From Bdellovibrionota bacterium (GTDB lineage Bacteria > Bdellovibrionota > UBA1018 > CAUJDS01), in assembly GCA_963169695.1 (NCBI GenBank), contig CAUJDS010000026.1:2168-66167 (forward strand): a stretch of DNA of 64,000 nt. The letters run 5' to 3'. Shown here one piece after another: positions 40,575-49,841 of this stretch; positions within the stretch are counted from its first letter, which is position 1; every line of letters begins with the position of its first letter. The notes beneath the pieces are model-generated. The model was not told where the DNA came from. It searched no databases and saw only the letters and a program-made list of their open reading frames with translations. Made by a program: the position numbers and the translations under genes.

Positions 40575-41488
40575 ACCCCGAATCAGCAGTTGCACTTACA
40601 GAAGGCTTGAAGACGTTGCTAGCACCGTTGGATGGTGCGGGTCATTCTTTGACTTCCCTGAATGCATCAGAGTGGTTTAGCCGAAGCTACCTGCAGAAGG
40701 TCTACGGAGGCTCTTTGACTCGCTATGACCTCTATCGGGAAGACCTACCCGTATCAGAAAAAAATATTGTACAGGCAAAGTCAGAAGTTGCTGAAAAGCT
40801 TCCACTCCTCATGCAGGGCTATCCTATTCAATATTGCGTAGGAGAAGTTGCATTTGGCGACCATAGTTACGTAATTCAGCCCGGAGTATTGATCCCAAGG
40901 CCGGAGACCGAAACCTGGTTCGAGCAGATTTTAGAAATGCTTAGGAATACAAGTGCACCTGATTCTGTCTTGGAAATAGGAACGGGATCAGGAGTACTGA
41001 GCTGTGAGCTCCTTTATCGCTTTTCTATGTTGAAAGTCCATGCAACCGATTGTTCTCAGTCGGCCTTGGAGTGCGCAAGTCTCAATGCGCGACAACACGG
41101 CCTTGCATCGCGACTTCAGCTAATCCTGATTGAGAATGCTCAAACTATTTTCCCGGATGGGCTAGGTCAGTTTGATTGGATCATTAGCAATCCCCCTTAT
41201 TTGGCGGGCCCTGCTGAAGTGACGAAAGGCGTGTTGGCGTTTGAACCTCATGAAGCTCTCTTCGAAAAATCCCATTTAGAGTTCTATCGCGCGATAGCCG
41301 AACGCGGTGCAGGGTATCTGAAAAGCGGGGGAAGGATTTTTCTCGAAATTCCCCATGAGCGTTCGCAAGAAATCCTGTCATTGTTTCAGGCTTCATGGAA
41401 AAATGTCCGAGTCCTTCAAGACCTCAATCAAAGGGATCGTTGCCTCATGGCCGAAAGGAACTCAGATAGTGGATCGGTTTCGAATTAG
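40571..41488 (+). CDS. prmC: Release factor glutamine N5-methyltransferase
   Basis: SAM motif LEIGTGSG and NPPY (ISNPPYL). Follows prfA with a 4-nt overlap. Confidence 0.85.
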   Translation: MNPESAVALTEGLKTLLAPLDGAGHSLTSLNASEWFSRSYLQKVYGGSLTRYDLYREDLPVSEKNIVQAKSEVAEKLPLLMQGYPIQYCVGEVAFGDHSYVIQPGVLIPRPETETWFEQILEMLRNTSAPDSVLEIGTGSGVLSCELLYRFSMLKVHATDCSQSALECASLNARQHGLASRLQLILIENAQTIFPDGLGQFDWIISNPPYLAGPAEVTKGVLAFEPHEALFEKSHLEFYRAIAERGAGYLKSGGRIFLEIPHERSQEILSLFQASWKNVRVLQDLNQRDRCLMAERNSDSGSVSN

Positions 41489-42728
41489 GGGAGGTACTCC
41501 CCTCCGAGGAAGCGTTCAAATCGGCGGAGCCAAGAATGCCGCACTTCCTATTTTATTTTCCAGTCTCTTAACCGAAGGGCGTCTCAAATTAAAAAACGTT
41601 CCGAATCTCCAAGACATTGTCTTTACGATTAAAGTTTTGGAGCATTTGGGAGTAGCGGTGGATTCTTCTCCCAGCAGCCATGAAGTAGCTCTTCAGGCCA
41701 AAGACCTAAAGAGCTATGAAGCGCCGTATGATTTGGTCAGAAAGATGCGAGCATCGGTCTTGGTGCTAGGGCCGTTACTGGCAAGGTTTGGAGAAGCGCG
41801 TGTCAGTTTACCAGGTGGCTGCGCGATTGGGGCACGTCCAATCGATATTCATTTGAGTGGAATGGAAGCCATGGGTGCCACCATTGAACTTCATGAGGGC
41901 TATGTATTGGCCAAGGCAAAGCGCCTTGAAGGGTGCCGATATCGACTTCCTTTCCCGAGCGTTGGCGGCACCGAGAACCTCATGATGGCTGCAACGCTTG
42001 CTCGCGGTGAAACCGTTTTTGAAAATTGTGCACAAGAACCTGAAATCGCAAATTTGGCTGAAGTATTAGTGTCCATGGGAGCTGAGATCGAGGGAGCCGG
42101 GACATCGACCATCCGTATACAGGGCAAGGACCAGTTATCTGGAGGAGAAGGAACGATCATTGGCGATCGAATTGAGGCCGGGACTTTTCTGCTCGCTGCA
42201 TTGGCCACTCAAGGACAAGTAAAAGTAAATGGAATTAAACCCAATCAACTCGAAGCTGTTCTAAAGCAGATGGAAGTTTGTGGCGCTCGCGTGAAGCGGG
42301 AAGACAATGCTATTGCAATTGAATCTACGGGCAAGTTGAAAGCCATTTCATTTAAGACCGAACCGTTTCCGGGATTTCCTACTGATATGCAGGCACAGTT
42401 TATGGCGTTGCTGTGTTTGGTTCCAGGTGAGTCCCAGATTTCAGAAACTATTTTTGAAAATAGATTTATGCATGTTCCGGAGTTGGCTCGAATGGGGGCC
42501 GCCATTCGAATTGCCGGAAATGAGGCCATCATTACCGGACCGTCTGTCTTGAAGGGCGCTCCAGTGATGGCGACCGACCTTCGTGCAAGTGCTTCGCTGG
42601 TCATTGCTGCTCTGGCAGCGGAGGGAGAGACTAACATCCATCGAATTTATCACCTCGATCGCGGGTATGAAGTCATGGAGGTGAAGCTCAAGCAGCTAGG
42701 TGGTGATGTGGAGCGCTTGCGTGACTAA
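41469..42728 (+). CDS. murA: UDP-N-acetylglucosamine 1-carboxyvinyltransferase
   Basis: (V)DRFRIRGGTPLRGSVQIGGAKNAALP is a canonical MurA N-terminus, with the active-site Cys in PGGCAIGARPID. The track start at 41355 is over-extended. GTG 41469 or ATG 41403 is plausible. Confidence 0.92.
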   Translation: MDRFRIRGGTPLRGSVQIGGAKNAALPILFSSLLTEGRLKLKNVPNLQDIVFTIKVLEHLGVAVDSSPSSHEVALQAKDLKSYEAPYDLVRKMRASVLVLGPLLARFGEARVSLPGGCAIGARPIDIHLSGMEAMGATIELHEGYVLAKAKRLEGCRYRLPFPSVGGTENLMMAATLARGETVFENCAQEPEIANLAEVLVSMGAEIEGAGTSTIRIQGKDQLSGGEGTIIGDRIEAGTFLLAALATQGQVKVNGIKPNQLEAVLKQMEVCGARVKREDNAIAIESTGKLKAISFKTEPFPGFPTDMQAQFMALLCLVPGESQISETIFENRFMHVPELARMGAAIRIAGNEAIITGPSVLKGAPVMATDLRASASLVIAALAAEGETNIHRIYHLDRGYEVMEVKLKQLGGDVERLRD

Positions 42729-43899
42729 GCCAGACTATGACTTAATTATTGTTGGAGGTGGTCTTTCGGGAGGACTTCTCGCCCGTTACCTCGGCGCCTT
42801 TCGTTCCGATGTTCGTTGGCTCCTCCTTGTTGGAGACGCCACACTCGGGGGCAATCATACCTGGTCCTTTCATGAATCAGATTTGAGTCTCCAGTCGCTC
42901 AGTTGGATTCGGCCGTTGATTACCAAGGAATGGTTTGGATACGACGTTCATTTCTTAAAACATCGGCGGAGCTTTCAATCTCGATATTATTCAATTGCCT
43001 CAAGTGATTTTCATCGATTCCTTGTTCATAGCTATGGGGATCGGATTCGAACGGAGACTCGAGTACAGAAAATTTTTTCGAATAAAGTTGAACTATTCTC
43101 TGGCGAATCGCTTACTGCTGGTTGTGTCATTGATGCAAGGGGATTGTCAGATTCTCAGGTGCTAGTCCGATCAGGGTATCAGAAATTTATTGGATGGGAT
43201 GTAGAGCTGGAAGACCCACATGGCCTTTCTCGGCCACTGCTGATGGACGTGACCATTCCACAGAAGGATGGGTTCCGCTTTTTCTATCTCCTTCCGTGGA
43301 GCGATACGCGACTGCTGATTGAAGACACCTATTACTCTCGAACGGACTCTCTAGACAAAGAAGAGATCCGAAAAGAGATTAGAAATTCTCTCTGTGCTCG
43401 CGGTTGGAAGCTCAAAAAGGTAGAGCGTGAAGAAGTGGGTTGTCTGCCGATCCCTTGTGAGCCAAGCACGGCTGCTATTTCGCTCGAAGATGCAGACATA
43501 CCTAAGATTGGAATGGCTTTGGGTCTGGCTCATCCGACAACCGGATACTCCTTGCCTTATGCTTGTCGTACAGCTGAGGTATTGGGCGGTCTCATTTTGC
43601 TTCAGCCAAGGTCCGTTAAATTGGCATTGATGAAGTTGGTGGAAGAAGAGAAAAGCGCATTTGCCTATTTCCTCTTTCTCAATCGAATGATGTTTTGGGC
43701 AGCCACGGATAGCGAGCGTTACCGAATTTTTGAACGATTTTATCGGCTATCTGAAAATTTAATTCAAAATTTCTACCGAGGAAGACTAACTCCCTGGAAC
43801 CAGGCCCGAATCCTAATGGGCAAACCTCCTGTTTCTGTCAAGAGGGCCGTGAAGAGTCTCTGGCAGAATCGGGATTTGAATGAGAGAGTGCCGCTATGA
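42721..43899 (+). CDS. crtY: Lycopene beta-cyclase (CrtY type)
   Basis: YDLIIVGGGLSGGLLA FAD motif. GGNHTWSFH, TRLLIEDTYYS, HPTTGYSLP, FLNRMMF and GKPPVSV blocks are colinear with Pantoea CrtY. The GTG start overlaps the murA stop. Confidence 0.85.
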   Translation: MTKPDYDLIIVGGGLSGGLLARYLGAFRSDVRWLLLVGDATLGGNHTWSFHESDLSLQSLSWIRPLITKEWFGYDVHFLKHRRSFQSRYYSIASSDFHRFLVHSYGDRIRTETRVQKIFSNKVELFSGESLTAGCVIDARGLSDSQVLVRSGYQKFIGWDVELEDPHGLSRPLLMDVTIPQKDGFRFFYLLPWSDTRLLIEDTYYSRTDSLDKEEIRKEIRNSLCARGWKLKKVEREEVGCLPIPCEPSTAAISLEDADIPKIGMALGLAHPTTGYSLPYACRTAEVLGGLILLQPRSVKLALMKLVEEEKSAFAYFLFLNRMMFWAATDSERYRIFERFYRLSENLIQNFYRGRLTPWNQARILMGKPPVSVKRAVKSLWQNRDLNERVPL

Positions 43900-45437
43900 A
43901 TGCAGCGAAAAAGAAGCAGAGAGCAATCATTATTGGAAGTGGCTTTGGTGGATTGAGCGCAGCAATCCGGTTACAGTCGCAAGGTTTTGACACCGTACTG
44001 CTTGAACAACGGGACAAAGCTGGTGGACGGGCCTACGTCTACGAGCAAGACGGATTCAAGTTTGATGCAGGACCAACGGTCATCACGGCACCAGACGCTT
44101 TGGAAGAACTATTTTCTTTGAGCGGAAGAAAGATGAGTGACTATGTTGAACTTCAGTCACTCGATCCGTTCTATCGGCTTCTTTGGCATGATGGGACGAC
44201 CTTTGATTATTCCAATGATGAAGATTTTCTATTGTCCCAGATTCGGGATAGAAATCCCGGCGACGTCGATGGTTATTTGAGATTTCTGGAATACAGCAAA
44301 GAAGTTTTTCGCGAAGGCTACGAAAAACTCGGAACAGTGCCTTTTTTGAATTTCTGGTCGATGATCAAAGTCGCTCCCCAATTGATGAAGCTCAGTGCCC
44401 ATCGTTCGGTTTATTCGATTGTTTCAAAATACATCCAGGATCCTTATTTGAGAGAGGCGTTTAGTTTTCATTCGCTTTTGGTGGGTGGAAATCCATTTCG
44501 CGCCTCTGCTATCTATACACTCATTCATTACTTGGAGAGGAATTGGGGCGTCCATTTTCCTAAAGGTGGTACGGGCGCACTTGTCGGCGGAATGGTTAAG
44601 CTCTATCAAGATGTGGGAGGGCGTCTCCTGCTCTCAACTTCCGTTGAGCAAATCTTAGAAGAAAATGGAAGAATTGTTGGAGTCAAAACGCGTTCGGGAG
44701 AAACACTGAATGCCGACCTGGTGGTGTCCAATGCCGATGTCCACTACACGTATAATCACTTACTCAAAGACTCAAAGCTTGCCAAGCCTCGAGCCAAGCG
44801 CCTCAATAACATGCACTACTCGATGTCGTTGTTCTTGATCTATTTTGGAACCAAGAAGCAGTATCGAGGAAAGTTCTGCCATCACAATGTCATTTTTGGA
44901 CCCCGGTACCGAGGGCTTTTGAAGGACATTTTTATTCGTGGAAAGTTGGCGGACGATTTTTCGCTCTACCTTCATTCACCGACTCTCACGGATCCAAGCC
45001 TAGCTCCTCCAGGTTGCGATACTTTCTACGCACTTTCTCCAGTGCCCCATCTGGGTAAGAATCCAATGGATTGGAATAAAGCGGGAGAGGAATACGGCGA
45101 TCGCATTTTGAAATTTCTAGAAGATCAGTACATGCCAGATTTGAAGAATCAGATTGTGACGAAGCGCATTTTTACGCCTTTGGACTTTAAGGATCAGCTT
45201 AGCGCGCACTTAGGGAATGCTTTTTCGCTTGAGCCGCTCCTGACACAAAGTGCCTACTTCCGGCAACACAATCGTGATGACAAGATCGCCGGCCTTTATT
45301 TTGTCGGTGCAGGAACCCATCCGGGAGCAGGGATTCCGGGCGTGGTAGGTTCTGCCAAAGCGACAGTGAATACTATTATTGAAGACCAGCAAAGAAGTGG
45401 TGAAGCATTCTTGGAGGGAACTCTTGCGCCGACTTGA
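43896..45437 (+). CDS. crtI: Phytoene desaturase (CrtI type)
   Basis: IIIGSGFGGLSAA dinucleotide fold and C-terminal GLYFVGAGTHPGAGIPGV. ATGA overlap with crtY. Confidence 0.9.
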   Translation: MNAAKKKQRAIIIGSGFGGLSAAIRLQSQGFDTVLLEQRDKAGGRAYVYEQDGFKFDAGPTVITAPDALEELFSLSGRKMSDYVELQSLDPFYRLLWHDGTTFDYSNDEDFLLSQIRDRNPGDVDGYLRFLEYSKEVFREGYEKLGTVPFLNFWSMIKVAPQLMKLSAHRSVYSIVSKYIQDPYLREAFSFHSLLVGGNPFRASAIYTLIHYLERNWGVHFPKGGTGALVGGMVKLYQDVGGRLLLSTSVEQILEENGRIVGVKTRSGETLNADLVVSNADVHYTYNHLLKDSKLAKPRAKRLNNMHYSMSLFLIYFGTKKQYRGKFCHHNVIFGPRYRGLLKDIFIRGKLADDFSLYLHSPTLTDPSLAPPGCDTFYALSPVPHLGKNPMDWNKAGEEYGDRILKFLEDQYMPDLKNQIVTKRIFTPLDFKDQLSAHLGNAFSLEPLLTQSAYFRQHNRDDKIAGLYFVGAGTHPGAGIPGVVGSAKATVNTIIEDQQRSGEAFLEGTLAPT

Positions 45438-46437
45438 AGTATGGTCGCGAGAGGTCTTAGCCAAAGGATCGAAGAGCTTTTCTTTTGGTGCTTGGTTTTT
45501 TTCGAAAGACCGGCGAATTGGAGCTTCGCTTCTTTACGTTTGGTGTCGCACCAGCGACGATGCGGTTGATCAACTTGAGAGTTGGTCCAACACGGATGAA
45601 CGCAGGGCTCGACAGCTCGAGAACATTTTGAGCCTTCGAAGAAATACTTTATCCGCCTACCAACCTCCTGTGACGGGAGGCATGGAATTTGAAGCCTTTG
45701 CCTACCTAGTTGAAAACTACCGATTGCCCCAGCACTACCCCCTAGAATTGCTTGAAGGTCTTCGAATGGACACGGACCTGCAGACCTACGAAACCCTGGA
45801 GGACCTTCGCCTCTATTGTTACCGAGTTGCGGGAGTGGTGGGATTGATGATGAGTCACATTATGGGCGTCAGTGACGAACGTGCGTTGGCAAGTGCCTGT
45901 CGGATGGGCTGTGCGATGCAGTTGACCAATATTGCCCGGGACGTTTTGGATGATGCCAAAATGGGTCGATGCTACCTTCCGAAGGAATGGTTGCGAAAGC
46001 GTGGCGTGGATCCCGAAAAAGTGGGTGATAGTGAGAATCGCCGTGCCGTTTTTGAAGTGGTGAAGGAGCTATTGGACCACGCAGACCATTGGTATTCCGA
46101 AGGTCGCAAAGGAATGAAATACCTCCCGTTGCGGTCTTCTTGGGCTATCGCGATCGCTTCGCGTGTTTATCAACAGATTGGCAATGTCATTCGTTCGCGC
46201 GGAGAAAAAGCTTGGGACAGTCGAAGCTATGTACGCTTTCCAAGAAAAATAAGAGAAGCACTTCGCGGTACCTTGGATCTTTTGCCTCAGATGGCGACGC
46301 GGTTTCAAAAACCTTGGAAGGAAGTCCCTATTTCCGAGATTTGGCTTTTTTCTTCAGATCTCGAAAAGCATTCAGAAAATACTTTGGATGAACCACCAAC
46401 ATCCCAAAGTTCTTACCGCCATACTTCCCTGTATTGA
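45379..46437 (+). CDS. crtB: Phytoene synthase
   Basis: GSKSFSF, YVWCRTSDDAVD (DxxxD), YCYRVAGVVG and LTNIARDVLDD motifs. The start is uncertain (TTG 45379, GTG 45397/45400, TTG 45424), and every option overlaps the crtI 3' end. Confidence 0.88.
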   Translation: MKTSKEVVKHSWRELLRRLEVWSREVLAKGSKSFSFGAWFFSKDRRIGASLLYVWCRTSDDAVDQLESWSNTDERRARQLENILSLRRNTLSAYQPPVTGGMEFEAFAYLVENYRLPQHYPLELLEGLRMDTDLQTYETLEDLRLYCYRVAGVVGLMMSHIMGVSDERALASACRMGCAMQLTNIARDVLDDAKMGRCYLPKEWLRKRGVDPEKVGDSENRRAVFEVVKELLDHADHWYSEGRKGMKYLPLRSSWAIAIASRVYQQIGNVIRSRGEKAWDSRSYVRFPRKIREALRGTLDLLPQMATRFQKPWKEVPISEIWLFSSDLEKHSENTLDEPPTSQSSYRHTSLY

Positions 46438-46852
46438 AGTGATGGTCCATATGAGCCAATCTCAATCCTCGGGAGTACCAATTTTTTCCAGTGCCAAAAT
46501 AAACTAATCTACGATGAATGAAAATTTCATGCACCAGCGTATAAGCCACGCCGTACACCAAGATTCCTAGGCCGATATGAAATTTGAGGCTGTATCCCTC
46601 GAGTGATCCAAAGAGCATCAAGAGAAAACTTGGAATGGCAAACATCAAGGCGAATGCATCGTTTCGTTGAAACACAGTTCCCCTCGAAACGTGGTGGTCC
46701 TGGTGAAGTCCCCAGAGAAAGCCATGCATAACAAATTTGTGCATAAACCATGCAGCAAATTCCATGGCCAAAAAAGTAAGGAACCAGGTAACGAGCATTG
46801 CTGACGTGCTGATCATATTGATTAGAACGTTAGCACGGGCCAGGGAAATCAA
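46328..46852 (-). CDS. crtZ: Beta-carotene 3-hydroxylase (CrtZ, fatty acid hydroxylase superfamily)
   Basis: His boxes HKFVMH, HQDHH, HEIFIH, HMDHH in a 4-TM protein of ~174 aa. Confidence 0.85.
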   Translation of the reverse strand: MISLARANVLINMISTSAMLVTWFLTFLAMEFAAWFMHKFVMHGFLWGLHQDHHVSRGTVFQRNDAFALMFAIPSFLLMLFGSLEGYSLKFHIGLGILVYGVAYTLVHEIFIHRRLVYFGTGKNWYSRGLRLAHMDHHFNTGKYGGKNFGMLVVHPKYFLNAFRDLKKKAKSRK

Positions 46853-47223
46853 TCAATGCGTTGGTCGATAACCATACCTTTTCGGGTGAGTTTGGATCGC
46901 GCATTCTGCGACATGGCCTTGTGGTAGGTACCCTTGGCCAGCCATCGGACCACGGACTTGGAATGATGAAGGATTTGCAGGAGTTGTACAAAGGAGGATC
47001 CTGTTCCTTGAGGTAAAGATGCGGGTAGCTTAGATTTGTCCGTACTTTTAGGCTTTTCCTGCACTAAGGCTTCAGTCGGTGTTTCTTCCTTATCCTTTTG
47101 TTTCCTCTGGTCATCGGGCTTTTGGTTCTGTGCCTGAGCTGCAGTGCTCGTGCTCATACTCGTACGAGAATTTCCCAGGGAAGGAAGGAATTTACGAATC
47201 GCTTGCGAGAGATTGGGAAGCAC
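46849..47223 (-). CDS. Hypothetical protein (K/E/Q-rich, low complexity) translationally coupled to crtZ
   Basis: 124-aa ORF whose stop overlaps the crtZ start (ATGA). I recognise no motif, so coding status is uncertain. Confidence 0.4.
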   Translation of the reverse strand: MLPNLSQAIRKFLPSLGNSRTSMSTSTAAQAQNQKPDDQRKQKDKEETPTEALVQEKPKSTDKSKLPASLPQGTGSSFVQLLQILHHSKSVVRWLAKGTYHKAMSQNARSKLTRKGMVIDQRID

Positions 47224-47439
47224 GGGTTGCTCCTACTCCGAGATATTTTTTGAAGCTAACTTGCGCCTGAGAAAAGCCTTAACCCTAACATCTATTGTAA
47301 TCATAAAGACTCATGGTGTCATTCTTAATAATTGATGGTTATACTCCATTGATTCATAAAGGAAATTTGACCTAGGCCAGGCCGAATGCTAGTCCTATTA
47401 GGAAGGCTATTCAGTTAATTAGAGGGATTTCAACAACTT

Positions 47440-48687
47440 ATGGACGATAAGCGGGATCTTTTTACCAAGTGCTTTGAGTATGATGAACCAAAAAAGGTAA
47501 AGGCTGCAGGGGTTTATCCTTACTTCCGAGCCATTGGTGCCACCGAAGGACCCAGGGTCCTTTGCCAAGGCAAAATGAGAGTCATGATTGGTTCCAATAA
47601 CTACTTAGGACTTACTCATGACGCACGTGTTAAGCAGGCTGCAAAGGACGCCATAGACAAGTACGGAACCGGCTGTACTGGATCTCGTTTTTTGAATGGC
47701 AATCTAGAGCTCCACGAAGAGCTTGAGCGGCGGCTTTGCGCCTATTTAGGCAGAGAGTCCTGCCTTATTTTTGCGACGGGTTTTTTGACCAATCAGGGTG
47801 TTTTGTCCTCTCTGGTTGGACGCCGAGATGTGATCTATAGCGATCGAGAGAATCATGCTTCTATTTTTGAAGGTACCCGTGCTGCAATCGGCAAAACGAT
47901 TAAGTACCGCCACAGTGACTATGATGATCTCAAGCGAATCCTAGAAACCACTCGAGGGGACTTCGATGGCGCATTGATCGTCACAGATGGCGTTTTTTCA
48001 ATGTCTGGAGAAATTGCGGATTTGCCTGCCCTGGTAAAATTAGCTCGCGAGTATCAGTGTCGACTTTACGTCGATGACGCGCACGCACTAGGTGTTTTGG
48101 GACCGCAAGGACAAGGTACCGCCAATCATTTTGGGATTACAGAAGGTGTCGATATCGTGATGGGTACCTTCTCCAAGTCCTTTGCATCCCTTGGCGGATA
48201 CGTAGCAGGATCGCGGGACGTTATTGATTATATTCGGCACAAGGCTCGCCACTTTATCTTCAGTGCGGCGATGCCACCGGCGGCTGCAGGCACGGTGCTT
48301 GAGTGTTTGGAAATTATTCAAAAAGAACCAAACCATTTAGAGAACCTCTGGAAGAACACCAAGTTGATGCGCACACGGCTCAAGTCATTGGGATTCAATA
48401 CGCTTGGTAGTCAAACTCCCATTATTCCATTGGTGATAGGAGACGACCGGGCAGCGTTTGCGTTTACGCAGCAGCTTTTTGAAAATGGTGTGTTTGCTAC
48501 GCCGGTGATCAGTCCAGCCGTACCAGAAGGTTCAGCCTTGATTCGTACAAGCTATATGGCGACCCATACGACGGAAGATTTGACCTATGTACTCGAGACC
48601 CTCGAGCGGCTTGGCAAGGAGTTTGGCGTGCTGGGACCCAATCGAATTTATGGGGCAGTGCGAGCGTCCGCAGAAGCAGGAGCTTAG
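47440..48687 (+). CDS. Alpha-oxoamine synthase, serine palmitoyltransferase-like
   Basis: PLP-lysine box GTFSKSFASLGGY, DDAHALG, SNNYLGL. GSRFLNGN, RHFIFSAAMPP and LIRTSYMATHT resemble Sphingomonas SPT blocks (GSRMLNGT, RPYIFTASLPP, LLRCSICAEHT). No bio genes are nearby. Confidence 0.8.
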   Translation: MDDKRDLFTKCFEYDEPKKVKAAGVYPYFRAIGATEGPRVLCQGKMRVMIGSNNYLGLTHDARVKQAAKDAIDKYGTGCTGSRFLNGNLELHEELERRLCAYLGRESCLIFATGFLTNQGVLSSLVGRRDVIYSDRENHASIFEGTRAAIGKTIKYRHSDYDDLKRILETTRGDFDGALIVTDGVFSMSGEIADLPALVKLAREYQCRLYVDDAHALGVLGPQGQGTANHFGITEGVDIVMGTFSKSFASLGGYVAGSRDVIDYIRHKARHFIFSAAMPPAAAGTVLECLEIIQKEPNHLENLWKNTKLMRTRLKSLGFNTLGSQTPIIPLVIGDDRAAFAFTQQLFENGVFATPVISPAVPEGSALIRTSYMATHTTEDLTYVLETLERLGKEFGVLGPNRIYGAVRASAEAGA

Positions 48688-48692
48688 CAAAG

Positions 48693-49838
48693 ATGCAATT
48701 CGATATTCGCCGTGTGGATAGTGCCAACGGCTGGAAAGACTTTATTCAAGTCCCCTACGACCTCTATCGCAATGATCCTATTTGGGTTCCACCCTTGAGA
48801 ATGATGATGAAGGACCTTCTGAATCTCAAGAAGAATCCTTTTTTTAAGCACGCTACTATTCATGCGCTTGTGGCCTACGAAGGAGACAAGCCAATTGCGC
48901 GTATTGCAGGTGTGATTGACGAAAATCACAATAAGTTTCACAAAGATCGCGTGGGCTTCTTTGGCTTCTTTGAGTGTCCCAATAATCCCCAGCTCGCCGC
49001 AGAGTTGCTCAATCGGGTCAAAGTCTGGCTGAAGGAGTGGGGAATGGACGCCATGCGTGGACCCATGAATCCCACCGTCAACCATGAGTGCGGTTTGCTT
49101 ATCGAAGGTTTCGATGACTCGCCTTTTTTGATGATGACTTACAACCCGCCTTACTATCAGTCTCTGCTAGAGGGCTATGGGCTGAAAAAGACTCGTGACA
49201 TGTTTGCGATCAATATTCACGGCACAGAACAATTTGATGACCGGATGGTTGCCCAAGCTGAGCGGCTTCGGCAAAGAAGCGATGTGAGTTTCAGAACCAT
49301 TCGAATGAAGGAAGTTTACCAAGAGGTTCAAAAGATCATCACCATCTTCAATGATGCTTGGAGTGACAATTGGGGCTTCGTCCCAATGAATGATGAAGAA
49401 ATTAAAAAGTTTGCTGATGAATTGAAGCTGATCGTCGACCCAGAGCTGATCTTGTTTGCCATGGTAAAGGGCAAGGAGGTTGGATTTGGCGTGGGCCTTC
49501 CGGATGCGAATCAGGTTTTCAAAAAAATCCCTGATGGTAGGTTATTCCCCTTCGGAATTTTTAAGCTGCTTTGGTTCCTAAAAGGCCCAGGAAAACGAAG
49601 TGCAATCAATCGATGTCGAATTCCCATTTTGGGAGTCCTCAAAGAATACCAACCTCTCGGAATTGGACCTCTTCTCTATCTGGAATACTACAAAAGAGGT
49701 CCTGCCAATGGATATCCCATTGGAGAAGCATCTTGGATTCTGGAAGACAATGCAGCCATGTTGAAGGCCGCTGAAAAAATGAAGGGTCGAAAATCAAAGA
49801 CCTATCGTGTTTATGAACAACCATTGGGAAGTGCCTGA
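48693..49838 (+). CDS. GNAT-fold-like acyl/acetyltransferase family protein (uncharacterised ~380-aa family)
   Basis: Starts 5 nt after the SPT-like stop. Conserved blocks are DPIWVPPL, GFFGFFEC, MRGPMNP..NHECGLLIEGFD and MMTYNPPYY. Function is not established. Confidence 0.6.
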   Translation: MQFDIRRVDSANGWKDFIQVPYDLYRNDPIWVPPLRMMMKDLLNLKKNPFFKHATIHALVAYEGDKPIARIAGVIDENHNKFHKDRVGFFGFFECPNNPQLAAELLNRVKVWLKEWGMDAMRGPMNPTVNHECGLLIEGFDDSPFLMMTYNPPYYQSLLEGYGLKKTRDMFAINIHGTEQFDDRMVAQAERLRQRSDVSFRTIRMKEVYQEVQKIITIFNDAWSDNWGFVPMNDEEIKKFADELKLIVDPELILFAMVKGKEVGFGVGLPDANQVFKKIPDGRLFPFGIFKLLWFLKGPGKRSAINRCRIPILGVLKEYQPLGIGPLLYLEYYKRGPANGYPIGEASWILEDNAAMLKAAEKMKGRKSKTYRVYEQPLGSA

Positions 49839-49841
49839 CAC

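Noticed and set aside
47440-48687. Calling the first alpha-oxoamine synthase BioF (8-amino-7-oxononanoate synthase) or KBL
   Set aside because: There are no biotin or threonine dehydrogenase neighbours, and several sequence blocks resemble bacterial SPT more closely. I kept it as SPT-like rather than assigning bioF or kbl, but phylogeny is needed.
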